This document shows, one piece after another, positions 1 through 9,075 of a DNA stretch of 58,845 nt (position 1 is the first letter of the stretch; each line of letters starts with the position of its first letter). The translations under genes were made by a program, and so were the position numbers. Location of the stretch: contig JBKPTT010000149.1 in the NCBI GenBank assembly GCA_046735635.1, positions 1 to 58,845 of the forward strand, written 5' to 3'. This DNA is from Acidobacteriota bacterium. GTDB taxonomy: Bacteria; Acidobacteriota; Vicinamibacteria; Vicinamibacterales; 2-12-FULL-66-21. Below the pieces are notes generated by a model, which made no database searches, was not told the origin of the DNA, and saw only the letters and a list, made by a program, of their open reading frames with translations.

Positions 1-815
1 GCGGCCGCGACGCGTTCGCTGAAGAGCGTCGCCGCGATCGGCACGCCCGCGCCGAGCGCCTTGCCGATCGTCATCAGGTCGGGCTGCAGCCCGAGCGCCG
101 TCGAGCAGAACGCCCGGCCTGTCCTGCCGAGACCGCACTGCACTTCATCTGCAATGAGCAGCGCGCCCGTGCGCTTGCACGCGGTCGAAATGGCCGAGGC
201 CATCTCCATGCCGATCGGCCGGACGCCGCCTTCGCCCTGTATCGGCTCGACGATGACCGCGGCCGTATTTTCTGTGACCGCGTCGTCCAGGGCTGCGACG
301 TCCCCGGCGGCAACGAACGTCACCGGTCCGAGGAGCGGCTGGAACGGTGCGCGGTAATGGTCGTCCCACGTGACCGACAGCGCGCCCATCGTCCGGCCGT
401 GAAACGAATGCTCGAACGCGACGAAGGCGGCGCGCGGCTGGGCCTGCGCGTGCCAGTAGCGGCGTGCGAATTTCAGGCTCGCCTCGACTGCTTCGGCTCC
501 GCTGTTGCAAAAGAACGCTCGTGGCAGCCCCGAGAGCTCGGCGAGTCGCGATGCGAGCTCCCCCTGAAGAGGGTGAAAGAAGAGGTTCGAGGTGTGCAGG
601 AGCTGCTGCGCCTGATCCGCGATTGCCGCGGCAAGCCGGGGATGCGCATGTCCGAGTGCGGCGACGCCGATCCCTGACAGCAGGTCCAGATAACTGCGGC
701 CGTCCGCGTCGAACAGACGGCACCCGCGGCCACGCTCGAACACGATGGAGCTGCGCCGGTACACCTGGAGGAGGTGTTCTTTCTCAATGGAGATGACGTC
801 GGTCGCTGTTGTCAT
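1..815 (-). CDS. argD: acetylornithine aminotransferase (class-III PLP aminotransferase), C-terminal part cut by window edge
   Basis: Absent from the ORF track because it runs off the window. Manual reverse translation from ATG (815-813) gives MTTATDVISIEKEHLLQVYRR...SFHGRTMGALS...IVEPIQGEGG...ADEVQCGLGRTG...MTIGKALGAG, the typical ArgD motifs. Lies directly downstream of argC-argB. Confidence 0.85.
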   Translation of the reverse strand, partial: MTTATDVISIEKEHLLQVYRRSSIVFERGRGCRLFDADGRSYLDLLSGIGVAALGHAHPRLAAAIADQAQQLLHTSNLFFHPLQGELASRLAELSGLPRAFFCNSGAEAVEASLKFARRYWHAQAQPRAAFVAFEHSFHGRTMGALSVTWDDHYRAPFQPLLGPVTFVAAGDVAALDDAVTENTAAVIVEPIQGEGGVRPIGMEMASAISTACKRTGALLIADEVQCGLGRTGRAFCSTALGLQPDLMTIGKALGAGVPIAATLFSERVAA

Positions 816-830
816 GTCTGGCTCTCGCAT

Positions 831-856
831 GCGGGGCTAAAGCCCCGCCCTACAGG
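831..856 (-). repeat. REP-like GTAG hairpin, type A (minus strand: TGTAGG-GCGGGGC-TTTA-GCCCCGC)
   Basis: Stem 831-837 / 842-848, loop TAAA, then CCTACA. Supplies the last codons and TAG stop of argB. Differs from the 17045 copy by a compensatory G:C to C:G swap in the stem. Confidence 0.75.
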
Positions 857-1634
857 TGGCCGCGATTCGCGTCCCAGGTGCCGTCCCGAACTCGGTGACG
901 GCGCGCCCCGATACGATCGCCACCTCTTTGACGCCGCCGTCGAGCGCCCGCCGGCACGCTGCGAGCTTCGCGATCATTCCGGAATGCGCCGTGCCCGACG
1001 CAATCATCGCGTCCATGTCTGCTGCGGTCAGCTCCTCAATCGTCCGTCCATCAGCGTCAAGCACGCCGGCGGTGTTTCCGGCAATAGTCAGCCGGTCCGC
1101 ACCAAGCGCCGCCGCGAGATGTCCGGCGAGCGTATCGGCATTGACGTTGAGCAGCTCACCCGCCGCAGTGATGCCAATGCTGGCGACCACCGGGATGTAT
1201 CCAAGCCGCGTCAAGTCGTTCAGCAGGGACACGTCGATGTCGTCGGGCTGCCCGACAAGCCCGAGATCCACCTTGTCCCCGGCGACAGTCGCGAACAGGC
1301 CGGCGCGGGTCGATTTCCCGATAAATGCGTCCGCTCCCGTGAGCCCGACGGCGCGTCCCCCCGCTGCGCAGATCGCGGCAACCAGCGCGGTGTTGTTTCG
1401 GCCGGCGAGCACGACCACAGCCGCGTCGAGCGCGGCGGCATCTGTGACCCGCAGCCCGTCGACGAACCGCGGTTCACCGCCTCGCGCGCGCAACTCGGCA
1501 TCGATCGCGCGTCCTCCGCCGTGCACCACGACGACCGGCCGACTCGATGCGGCATGCACGATGGCCTCTGCGCCGCGGCACACGTCTGCCGGATTCTCGA
1601 GCAGCTCTCCGCCAAACTTCAGCACGTCAACCAT
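837..1634 (-). CDS. argB: acetylglutamate kinase
   Basis: In-frame part of ORF 837..1763. MVDVLKFGGELL...VVVHGGG...GLRVTD...LNVNADT matches the amino-acid kinase family. ATG at 1634 overlaps the argC TGA (TGATG), so the longer 5' extension is rejected. Confidence 0.9.
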   Translation of the reverse strand: MVDVLKFGGELLENPADVCRGAEAIVHAASSRPVVVVHGGGRAIDAELRARGGEPRFVDGLRVTDAAALDAAVVVLAGRNNTALVAAICAAGGRAVGLTGADAFIGKSTRAGLFATVAGDKVDLGLVGQPDDIDVSLLNDLTRLGYIPVVASIGITAAGELLNVNADTLAGHLAAALGADRLTIAGNTAGVLDADGRTIEELTAADMDAMIASGTAHSGMIAKLAACRRALDGGVKEVAIVSGRAVTEFGTAPGTRIAATCRAGL

Positions 1635-2620
1635 CAGTCGAGCCCTGTCGCTTCGTCGAATCCGAACACCACGTTGAAGTTCTGAATCGCCTGTCCTGCG
1701 GCTCCCTTTACGAGGTTGTCGATGCACGCGACCATCACCAGTTGTGAATCGCGCACTCTCCAACCGATGTCGCAGAAATTCGTGTGCGCGACGTGCTTGA
1801 TTTCGGGCAGATCGCCGCCCGTGAGCCGCACGAATGGCGACGAGGCGTAGGCCGAAGTGAGGGCCTTTTCCACGGCATCGACCTCAATGCCTGGCCGCAG
1901 ACGCGCGTAAATGGTCTCGAGAATGCCGCGATCCAGCGGCACCAGGTGCGGCACGAAGGTCACGTCGGTGCCAAGCTCCTGCTCGATCTCCGCGGCATGC
2001 CTGTGTGCGAAAACGCCGTACGCAGAGATGCTGCCGTGGCACTCCGAAAAATGGGTTCGCTCGGTCGGCGTCTTGCCCGCGCCCGACACGCCGGACTTCG
2101 CGTCGATCACGATGCCAGGCTCGAGCAACCCGGCGCACACCAGCGGTTGAAGCGACAGAACCGCTGCCGTCGGATAACAGCCCGGACACGCGATCAGCTT
2201 CGAATCGGCGAGCTCGCGCCGCCTCCGCTCGGTCAGTCCGTACACAGCCGGCGTTGCAGTCGGCGTATGCGGATACCAGCGCCGGCGCTGCTCTGGATCG
2301 CGCAGCCGGAATGCGCCCGACAGGTCGAACACCCGCGGTCCGCGCTCCGACAGCGAAGGAGCAATCTCGGCCGCAAGGGCGTCGGGCAGCGCGAGGAACA
2401 CCGCATCCGTGCCGGACGCGAGTTTCTCGACATCGAGCGGCTCGACCGGCGCATCCCATATCCGCGCGAGCGCCGGCAGTCGCTTCGATTCGGACGCGCT
2501 CGAAGCCATTGCGAAGCGCAGCTCGACGTGCGGATGCCGCGCCATCCGGCGCAGCAGCTCCAGGCCGGCGTACCCGGTCGCTCCGGCGACCCCCACACGG
2601 ACTGGAGAATACTTATGCAT
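1634..2620 (-). CDS. argC: N-acetyl-gamma-glutamyl-phosphate reductase
   Basis: 328 aa. VGVAGATGYAGLELLRRMARHP N-terminal NAD fold, catalytic-Cys context IACPGCYPTA, C-terminal DNLVKGAAGQAIQNFN. Confidence 0.92.
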   Translation of the reverse strand: MHKYSPVRVGVAGATGYAGLELLRRMARHPHVELRFAMASSASESKRLPALARIWDAPVEPLDVEKLASGTDAVFLALPDALAAEIAPSLSERGPRVFDLSGAFRLRDPEQRRRWYPHTPTATPAVYGLTERRRRELADSKLIACPGCYPTAAVLSLQPLVCAGLLEPGIVIDAKSGVSGAGKTPTERTHFSECHGSISAYGVFAHRHAAEIEQELGTDVTFVPHLVPLDRGILETIYARLRPGIEVDAVEKALTSAYASSPFVRLTGGDLPEIKHVAHTNFCDIGWRVRDSQLVMVACIDNLVKGAAGQAIQNFNVVFGFDEATGLD

Positions 2621-2722
2621 CAGAACGTTTAGTTATACAAGCTTTGAGCCAGTGGATCAAGCGGTAAGTCACTGAATTTTGGCGTGGCGCCGCCGTATAA
2701 CACTGTATACTTACGTGTTGGC

Positions 2723-2740
2723 TCTGCATAAATATGAAAT
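2723..2740. promoter_or_regulatory. ARG-box-like sequence in the AT-rich divergent argC/argR intergenic region
   Basis: tctgcataaatatgaaat resembles the TNTGAATWWWWATTCANW ARG-box consensus with about 3 mismatches and overlaps the argR start codon. The intergenic region 2621-2733 is much more AT-rich than its surroundings. Confidence 0.3.
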
Positions 2741-3183
2741 CCTATCGGCAGTCAGCCATTCTCGAAATCGTGGATCGCGAAGCGATTACGAGTCAGGAAC
2801 AGCTCCGCGAGCGGCTTCGCGGCCAGGGGATCGATGCCACACAGGCGACCCTGTCGCGCGACATTCGCGACCTCGGCTTGATCAAACGCGCGGCTGATGG
2901 GGCATACCGACGCGCAGCGTCTGCCTCGTCGTCGGTCGATCCGGAAGAGGAGTGTCGTTCGGCAGTGGACGACTACCTCCGCCGCTACGACGTGGTCGAT
3001 CAGCTGGTGGTGCTGAAGACGGATGCCGGTCAGGCGCAGCCGCTCGCGGTCGCGATCGATCGCGCCGGCCTCACCGAGGTCGTCGGCACGATCGCGGGAG
3101 ACGACACGATTCTTGTCATCTGCCGGAGCGCACCCGACGCAGCCGTGCTCTCGCGTCGGCTTGATCAATGGCGAACGGCCTAA
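2734..3183 (+). CDS. argR: arginine repressor
   Basis: 149 aa. N-terminal winged helix RQSAILEIV...ITSQEQLRERL...GIDATQATLSRDIRDLGL and C-terminal oligomerisation/arginine-binding GTIAGDDTILVI. Confidence 0.9.
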   Translation: MKSYRQSAILEIVDREAITSQEQLRERLRGQGIDATQATLSRDIRDLGLIKRAADGAYRRAASASSSVDPEEECRSAVDDYLRRYDVVDQLVVLKTDAGQAQPLAVAIDRAGLTEVVGTIAGDDTILVICRSAPDAAVLSRRLDQWRTA

Positions 3184-3185
3184 CC

Positions 3186-3225
3186 GGGTTCTACAGGGTT
3201 CGACGGGGTTCTACGAGGTTCCGAG
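3186..3225 (+). repeat. four direct repeats phased at exactly 10 bp (GGGTTCTACA / GGGTTCGACG / GGGTTCTACG / AGGTTCCGAG)
   Basis: (G/A)GGTTC begins at 3186, 3196, 3206 and 3216. Fills the argR-argG spacer right up to the argG start. Confidence 0.8.
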
Positions 3226-4440
3226 GTGGACATGCGAATCGTGCTGGCGTATTCGGGCGGGCTCGACACGACGGTGGCGATCCGGTGGCTCGCGGAGAAG
3301 TACAACGCCGAGATCATTACCGTGACGCTCGACCTCGGGCAGGCAGAGGAGCTGACGAATGTCCGCGAGAGGGCGCTCGCGATTGGCGCGCTGCGCGCAC
3401 ACGTCATCGATGCACGCGAGGAGTTTGCGCGCGACTACGTGCTTCCCGCGCTGCAGGCACGGGCGATGTACGAGGAACGCTATCCGCTCGCGTCCGCGCT
3501 CGGCCGTCCGCTCATTGCGAAACACCTCGTCGCGGTGGCGCGCATGGAAGGGGCAGATGCCGTCGCCCACGGCTGTACAGGAAAAGACAACGACCAGATA
3601 GGACTTGACGTGTCGATTCACGCGGTCGATCCCGACATGCGGCTGATTGCGCCGGCCCGCGAGTGGAACATGAGCCGCAGCGACGAGATTGAATACGCGC
3701 GTGTCAGGAACATTTCCGTTCCCGTGACGACGGCGAGCCCGTACAGCATCGATTCGAATCTCTGGGGCCGCTCGATCGAGTGTGGCGTGCTGGAGGATCC
3801 CTGGATCGAACCGCCGGAGGAGATCTATACCCTCACCCGCGCCGCCAAAGACTGCCCGGACGATCCGGCGTATGTGGAAATCGATTTCGAGCGAGGCATC
3901 CCGTTGCGCGCCAACGGGATCGACATGCCGCTGCTGGAGCTGATTGAGAGCCTCGAGACCATAGCCGGCGCCCACGGTGTCGGCCGGATCGACATGGTCG
4001 AGAACCGTCTGATGGGGATCAAGTCGCGCGAAGTCTACGAGGCGCCCGCCGCGGTCGTGCTCCACATGGCGCACGCCGAGCTCGAAAAGCTGGTGATCGC
4101 GCGCGACCTGGAGCGTCTGAAGCAGGAGATGGGACGTACGTATGCGGACGCGGTGTACAACGGCCTCTGGTTCTCGCAGACGCGTGAGGCCGTCGACGCC
4201 TTCGTCGCCGCCGTCCAGCCGCGTGTGACCGGTACCGTGCGGCTCAAGCTGTTCAAAGGCGATTGCCGCGTCGTGGGCCGCCGTTCGGATTTCGCGTTGT
4301 ACGACCGCGAGCTCGCGACATACCATGCCGGCGACAGCTTCGATCATCGGGCCGCCGAGGGTTTCATCAAGATTTGGGGGCTGCCAACAGCCATCGCCAC
4401 GCGCACCGCGATGAAGCGCACCCAGACGGTGGAGCGTTAA
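3226..4440 (+). CDS. argG: argininosuccinate synthase
   Basis: 404 aa. VLAYSGGLDTTVAI ATP-binding motif and AHGCTGKDNDQ. Track start is GTG 3226; ATG 3232 (MRIVLAYSGG) is an equally plausible start. Confidence 0.93.
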   Translation: MDMRIVLAYSGGLDTTVAIRWLAEKYNAEIITVTLDLGQAEELTNVRERALAIGALRAHVIDAREEFARDYVLPALQARAMYEERYPLASALGRPLIAKHLVAVARMEGADAVAHGCTGKDNDQIGLDVSIHAVDPDMRLIAPAREWNMSRSDEIEYARVRNISVPVTTASPYSIDSNLWGRSIECGVLEDPWIEPPEEIYTLTRAAKDCPDDPAYVEIDFERGIPLRANGIDMPLLELIESLETIAGAHGVGRIDMVENRLMGIKSREVYEAPAAVVLHMAHAELEKLVIARDLERLKQEMGRTYADAVYNGLWFSQTREAVDAFVAAVQPRVTGTVRLKLFKGDCRVVGRRSDFALYDRELATYHAGDSFDHRAAEGFIKIWGLPTAIATRTAMKRTQTVER

Positions 4441-4443
4441 GCG

Positions 4444-5844
4444 ATGGCGCATCTCTGGTCGGGCCGGTTCGCCGGCGACCCCGACGCGGCGCTCTTCGAG
4501 TTCGGCGCCTCGTTCGGATTCGATCGCCGGTTGTTCGCCGACGACGTGACCGGCAGCCTGGCGTGGGCCGAGGCGTTGAGCGACGCCGGCGTGCTGTCTC
4601 GCGCCGATGCCGCGTCAATTTGCACGGCGCTGCGGGAGATCGGCTCCAGGGCAAGCGATCCTGCGTTCTTCGCGTCTCCCGACGCGGCGCAGGACGAAGA
4701 TGTCCATTCCTTCGTTGAACGCGAGCTGGTCGCGCGCGTTGGCGAGGCGGGAAGGCGCCTGCACACGGGCCGCTCCCGCAACGAGCAGGTCTCGCTCGAC
4801 CTCCGCCTCTATTTGAAGCGCCGCATTCCCGAAGTCCAGCGTGGAGTCGTCGACGCGATCGCGGAGCTCGTCGCGCAGGCGGAGCGCTGCGGCTCCGCGC
4901 TCATGCCGTCCTACACCCATCTGCGCCGTGCGCAGCCCGTGCTCGTGGCGCATTTTTTCCTCGCGCACGCATCGGCGCTGCGACGGGACCACGTTCGACT
5001 CTCGGGCGTCCTCGACGAAGTCGACGAGCTGCCGCTCGGATCGGGAGCGATCGCCGGAACCAGCTACCCGGTCGACGTCGGTGCACTCGCCGCGCGCCTG
5101 GGCTTTTCGCGCGTGGTGGCCAATAGCATCGACGCGACCGGCGACCGGGACTTCGTCGCGTCGTTCATGCATTCGTGCGCCCTGACGATGGTGCACCTGA
5201 GCCGCATTGCCGAGGACTTGATTCTGTTCACGTCCGAGGAGTTCGGCTTCTTCGAGCTCGCGGATACGGCGGCGACGGGGAGCAGTCTCATGCCGCAAAA
5301 AAAGAATCCCGACCCACTCGAGTTGGTGCGCGGTAAATCGGGACGCGTAATCGGCCGCCTTGCTGGCTGGCTGACGACGATGAAGGGTTTGCCAATCGGG
5401 TACTCGAAGGATCTGCAGGAGGACAAGGAAGGGCTGTTCGAAGCGGAAGACACGGTGTGCGGCTGTCTGAAGGCAACCGGCCGCGTCATCGCCGCGCTCT
5501 CGTTGAATCCTGTGCGAACGCAGGCAGCCGCATCGGGTCTGCTGCTCGCCACCGACGTCGCAGATTATCTCGTCGGCCGCGGCATGCCGTTTCGCGAAGC
5601 GCACGAAGTGGTCGGCGCGCTCGTGCGACGTCTTGTCGCGGAGGGCCGTTCGTTCGAGGATCTCACCCTCGATCAATGGCGCGCCCACTCGCCCTTGTTT
5701 GACGCGGACGTCACGCAGGCGATTACGCCTGCGGCGTCCGTCGCGAAAAAACGAACGCCGCAGTCCACCAGTCCGTCGGCCGTCGCCGAGTCGCTGCGTG
5801 CGATGTCGCAGTGGCTCGCCGAAGTTCGCGACGTCAGAACTTGA
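4444..5844 (+). CDS. argH: argininosuccinate lyase
   Basis: 466 aa. LWSGRF..., SYTHLRRAQP, fumarate-lyase signature GSSLMPQKKNPD. Confidence 0.93.
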   Translation: MAHLWSGRFAGDPDAALFEFGASFGFDRRLFADDVTGSLAWAEALSDAGVLSRADAASICTALREIGSRASDPAFFASPDAAQDEDVHSFVERELVARVGEAGRRLHTGRSRNEQVSLDLRLYLKRRIPEVQRGVVDAIAELVAQAERCGSALMPSYTHLRRAQPVLVAHFFLAHASALRRDHVRLSGVLDEVDELPLGSGAIAGTSYPVDVGALAARLGFSRVVANSIDATGDRDFVASFMHSCALTMVHLSRIAEDLILFTSEEFGFFELADTAATGSSLMPQKKNPDPLELVRGKSGRVIGRLAGWLTTMKGLPIGYSKDLQEDKEGLFEAEDTVCGCLKATGRVIAALSLNPVRTQAAASGLLLATDVADYLVGRGMPFREAHEVVGALVRRLVAEGRSFEDLTLDQWRAHSPLFDADVTQAITPAASVAKKRTPQSTSPSAVAESLRAMSQWLAEVRDVRT

Positions 5845-6442
5845 ACGTCACGCCGACCGTTCCGCGCCAGAAGCGGAAGCTCCCGAGCGAAAAGTCGACC
5901 GCGCTCGAGCTGTTGTCCTCGAAGGATCGGAAGTACCTGAAGTCCCCTCGAACACCGACGGTGTGGCTGAAGAACGCGTCGATGCCGGCTCCGATGTCCA
6001 TTCCGAAATCGGACGTCGAGGGTTGTGTGAAGAACTGTCCGGGATCGTCCACCTTCGAACGGATCAGACCGACCCCGCCGACGGCGTAGGGACGAATGGG
6101 GCCTGCAGGCACGGCCAGCCGCAGGTTGCCCGTCAGCGTCGTGACGTTGCCGTCGCCGAGGAAATTCAGACCATTGACGTCGGACGCGTTCTTGAAGAAG
6201 TTCGGCGAGTAGCCAAAGTCGACCTCGAAGCCCACGACTTTGCCGCCGCTCAGCGAGGCGCCCCAATTCAACTGATGCTCGAAGTCGTTCTTGGTGGTTG
6301 GCAGACCACCGACGTTGGCGCTTCCACCGAACGTAGACCCGATGAATGGCGTGAAAAGCCAATCGGCCGCAGCGGGACGCGGTACGGCCGCGGTGATGAT
6401 AAAGACCGTTCCAAGAGCGATAAGTGACTTGCGCAGTGACAT
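5834..6442 (-). CDS. outer-membrane beta-barrel protein (OmpW/OmpA-like small porin family)
   Basis: Signal peptide MSLRKSLIALGTVFIITAAVPRPAAA starting at ATG 6442 with a GAGAGGA SD. Alternating beta-strand pattern and C-terminal ...VGVTFKF. The 3' end overlaps the argH 3' end convergently by 11 nt. Confidence 0.75.
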   Translation of the reverse strand: MSLRKSLIALGTVFIITAAVPRPAAADWLFTPFIGSTFGGSANVGGLPTTKNDFEHQLNWGASLSGGKVVGFEVDFGYSPNFFKNASDVNGLNFLGDGNVTTLTGNLRLAVPAGPIRPYAVGGVGLIRSKVDDPGQFFTQPSTSDFGMDIGAGIDAFFSHTVGVRGDFRYFRSFEDNSSSAVDFSLGSFRFWRGTVGVTFKF

Positions 6443-6508
6443 GACAATCCTCTCTCGTCGCGCGACTGTCCGCGCACGTAACGCGCCGAATGGCTGCAAG
6501 CCGGGTGC

Positions 6509-7969
6509 CTATTGCACGTTTGTCAGCTGAGCTGCGCGGTCCTGGAGAAGCTGCCATGCACGCATGACGTGAGCTTCGGTCGTGCGCAGGTTCCCAATCG
6601 CAAGCCGAAGCGTGTATCGACCGCCGAGTCGTGTGTGTGAAATGAACATCTCGCCCGTCTGGTTCACCGACTCGAGCAGCCGCTCGTTGAGTGCGTCGAG
6701 ATCGCGCTCGGACACGCCACGCGGCCGGGCGCGAAAGCAGACGACGCTGAACGGGGTGGGCGCGAGCCGCTCGAAGTCAGGCGATGCGTCAACCTGTTCG
6801 GCGAAGACGCGGGCAAGGCGCATGTGCTCGGCGAGGCGCGCTCGGAGCCCGTTTGCGCCGAAGTGACGCATCACCATCCAGAGCTTCAACGCGCGAAATC
6901 GACGGCCGAGTTGAATCCCCGTGTCCATCAGGTTCTTGACAGGAGCTGCTTCGACCGTCCTCAAATACTCCGGCGTCAACGCGAATGCCGCACGGACGAG
7001 GTTCATGTGCCGCGTGTAGAACGCCGACAAATCAAATGGCGTGAACAGCCACTTGTGCGGATTGACGACGATTGAGTCGGCATCGGCGGCGCCGTCGAGC
7101 ACCCACTCGTATCCGGGAACCATTGCGGCGACGCCCGCATACGCCGCATCCACGTGCAGCCAGATGCCTTCGGTGCGGCAGAGTGCGCCGATCGCCTTCA
7201 CCGGATCGACACTGGTCGATGATGTGGTGCCCACGGTTGCGACCACCGCGACGGGCAGCCAGCCGGCAGCGCGGTCCGACGCGATTGCGCGCACCAGCGC
7301 ATCCGGTTTCATTCGGAACTCTTCGTCGCTCTCGATTTTGCGCAGCGACTCCTGCCCGAGACCGAGCGTGATGACCGCTTTGTCGATCGAGGAGTGCGTT
7401 TGATCGGAACAGTAGATCCGCATCCGGGGAAGGTCATCGCGGCCCGCAAGGCCTCGCGTGCGCACCGCCGGCGCATAACGTTCGCGAGCCGCTGCGAGCG
7501 CGTGCAGCGTCGACATCGACGCCGTATCGTAGATGACGCCTTCGAAGGTATCCGGCAGACCGATCAGCGTTCGAAGCCATGAGAGTGTCACGTGCTCGAG
7601 CTCGGTCGCCGATGGCGACGTCCGCCACAACATAGCCTGCACGTTGAGAGCGGCGGATAGCATCTCGGCGAGGACGCCGGCGGCGCTGCCGGTTATCGCG
7701 AAGTACGCGAAGAAGCCGGGATGGTTCCAATGGGTGATTCCGGGGAGGAGGATGCGCTCGAAGTCCTCGATGATTGCGTCGAATGGCTCGCCTTCTGCCG
7801 GTGCCTCCGATGGCAGAGCGGCGGAGATCTCGCCCGGCCGCACTCGCGACAGTACGGGATATCGATCGGGCCGCGCGAGGTAGTCGGCGATCCAATCGAC
7901 CAACCGGTGTGCCGCGCGCCGAAACTCTTCTGGATCTGTGTCGCCGGGATGAATTGCCATAATTGCCAA
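6509..7969 (-). CDS. group-II pyridoxal-dependent decarboxylase (aromatic-L-amino-acid/DDC-like)
   Basis: 486 aa. HWNHPGFFAYF, SGSAAGVLAEMLSAALN, ...NPHKWL (PLP lysine context). The N-terminus MAIMAI is encoded by the ATGGCAATT repeat, so the start could be 7960. Confidence 0.85.
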   Translation of the reverse strand: MAIMAIHPGDTDPEEFRRAAHRLVDWIADYLARPDRYPVLSRVRPGEISAALPSEAPAEGEPFDAIIEDFERILLPGITHWNHPGFFAYFAITGSAAGVLAEMLSAALNVQAMLWRTSPSATELEHVTLSWLRTLIGLPDTFEGVIYDTASMSTLHALAAARERYAPAVRTRGLAGRDDLPRMRIYCSDQTHSSIDKAVITLGLGQESLRKIESDEEFRMKPDALVRAIASDRAAGWLPVAVVATVGTTSSTSVDPVKAIGALCRTEGIWLHVDAAYAGVAAMVPGYEWVLDGAADADSIVVNPHKWLFTPFDLSAFYTRHMNLVRAAFALTPEYLRTVEAAPVKNLMDTGIQLGRRFRALKLWMVMRHFGANGLRARLAEHMRLARVFAEQVDASPDFERLAPTPFSVVCFRARPRGVSERDLDALNERLLESVNQTGEMFISHTRLGGRYTLRLAIGNLRTTEAHVMRAWQLLQDRAAQLTNVQ

Positions 7970-8032
7970 AATTGCAGAATCGCCGTAATTGAAAAATCAA
8001 TTCTGGCAATTCCGGCGATTTTGGCAATTCGT
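7949..8032. repeat. AT-shifted imperfect tandem array of about 9-bp period (GAATTGCCA-like units)
   Basis: Minus strand reads GAATTGCCA AAATCGCCG GAATTGCCA GAATTGATT TTTCAATTA CGGCGATTC TGCAATTTT GGCAATTAT GGCAATTCAT. Spans the promoter region and first codons of the decarboxylase gene. Confidence 0.7.
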
Positions 8033-9075
8033 TACTGCTCGCGCCTTTCGACTTCGACGGTGGCAGGAGCGGAGAGACGGGCGGTCACGACGGTACCGGC
8101 GGGCAGCGTTGCGGCGTTGCGATCACCTGCCATCACCGCTGCCGTTCCGCCGCCTGCACCAATTGCGGCGCCGGTCGCTGCGCCTTTCCCTCCGCCGAGG
8201 ATCGCTCCGAGAATCGCGCCGCCCACCGCCGCGCCACCGATCTTCCGCGCGCTTTCTCCGGTCGGCGAATCGCCTTCGCGGTAAATCGTCTCGGTACGGA
8301 GTGGCACTTCGCGCCCGTCGGCGAGCACGAGGGTATGGAACCGCACACCGAGACGCGCGCGCTCCTTGACCTTGCCGCCGCGCTCGACGGTCGTCACCGA
8401 TCCGATGATCCGGGCTCCGGCAGGGATCGCGACGTGGCCATCGACCATTACATCCCGAGTGACCCGTGCGTCCACGCGATCTTCGACACGCGCGCGTTCG
8501 CTCGACAACGTTGTGTTCACCTGGAGTCCGATCACAGATGCGGTCGGAAGGACGATTTCTTCGAACTGCGGCACCGCCGGTGTGGGCGGTTCGGGAGCGC
8601 GCGGCGCCTCTGCAGCCGGCTCGGGCTGTTGCGCACTGACAGGGGACTGCGTGCTTGCCTGCGTAGCGCTTGTCGTCGGCGGCGGCGCGGCGGTCGGCTG
8701 TGCGGCGGCCACCGGCGGTTCCTTTCGGGGAGCGGGGGCTGGCGGAGCGGACTCGCGGTGCGCGGGGGTTGTCGTCTGTCGCGGCGTTTCGGTGCGCGCA
8801 GGGGCTGGCGCCGCGGCCGGGTGGGCTGCAGCGGGTGACGTATCAGCCGTTTGCGGGTGCGCTGCCGGCTGGGTCTGGGGCGCGGGGCTCACCACCGCTT
8901 CCGTTTCCGACACCGGATGCGTCGCGGGGTCGGCGGCTGCGGGTGACGGGTCGGTCGCGGGCATGGACGGGGCGGCGCTGGCGGCCGCATTCTGGCGCAC
9001 GGCAACATACGCGCCGCTGCCCGCGGCCGTCAGGCACCCCGCTACGAGCAAACCGACCAGCACTCTCGAACTCAT
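8032..9075 (-). CDS. membrane-anchored protein with Pro/Ala/Thr-rich linker and C-terminal glycine-zipper segment
   Basis: 347 aa. N-terminal TM MSSRVLVGLLVAGCLTAAGSG, about 170 aa low-complexity P/A/T/Q region, then a beta-rich domain and GGAAVGGAILGAILGGGKGAATGAAIGAGGG. Confidence 0.6.
   Translation of the reverse strand: MSSRVLVGLLVAGCLTAAGSGAYVAVRQNAAASAAPSMPATDPSPAAADPATHPVSETEAVVSPAPQTQPAAHPQTADTSPAAAHPAAAPAPARTETPRQTTTPAHRESAPPAPAPRKEPPVAAAQPTAAPPPTTSATQASTQSPVSAQQPEPAAEAPRAPEPPTPAVPQFEEIVLPTASVIGLQVNTTLSSERARVEDRVDARVTRDVMVDGHVAIPAGARIIGSVTTVERGGKVKERARLGVRFHTLVLADGREVPLRTETIYREGDSPTGESARKIGGAAVGGAILGAILGGGKGAATGAAIGAGGGTAAVMAGDRNAATLPAGTVVTARLSAPATVEVERREQ

Noticed and set aside
145-787. 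Track ORFs in the first 800 nt (145..723, 357..677, 464..796, 473..787)
   Set aside because: All are Arg-rich or low-complexity. The real gene is the edge-truncated argD on the minus strand, in a different frame from these ORFs. It is missing from the track because it has no stop within the window.
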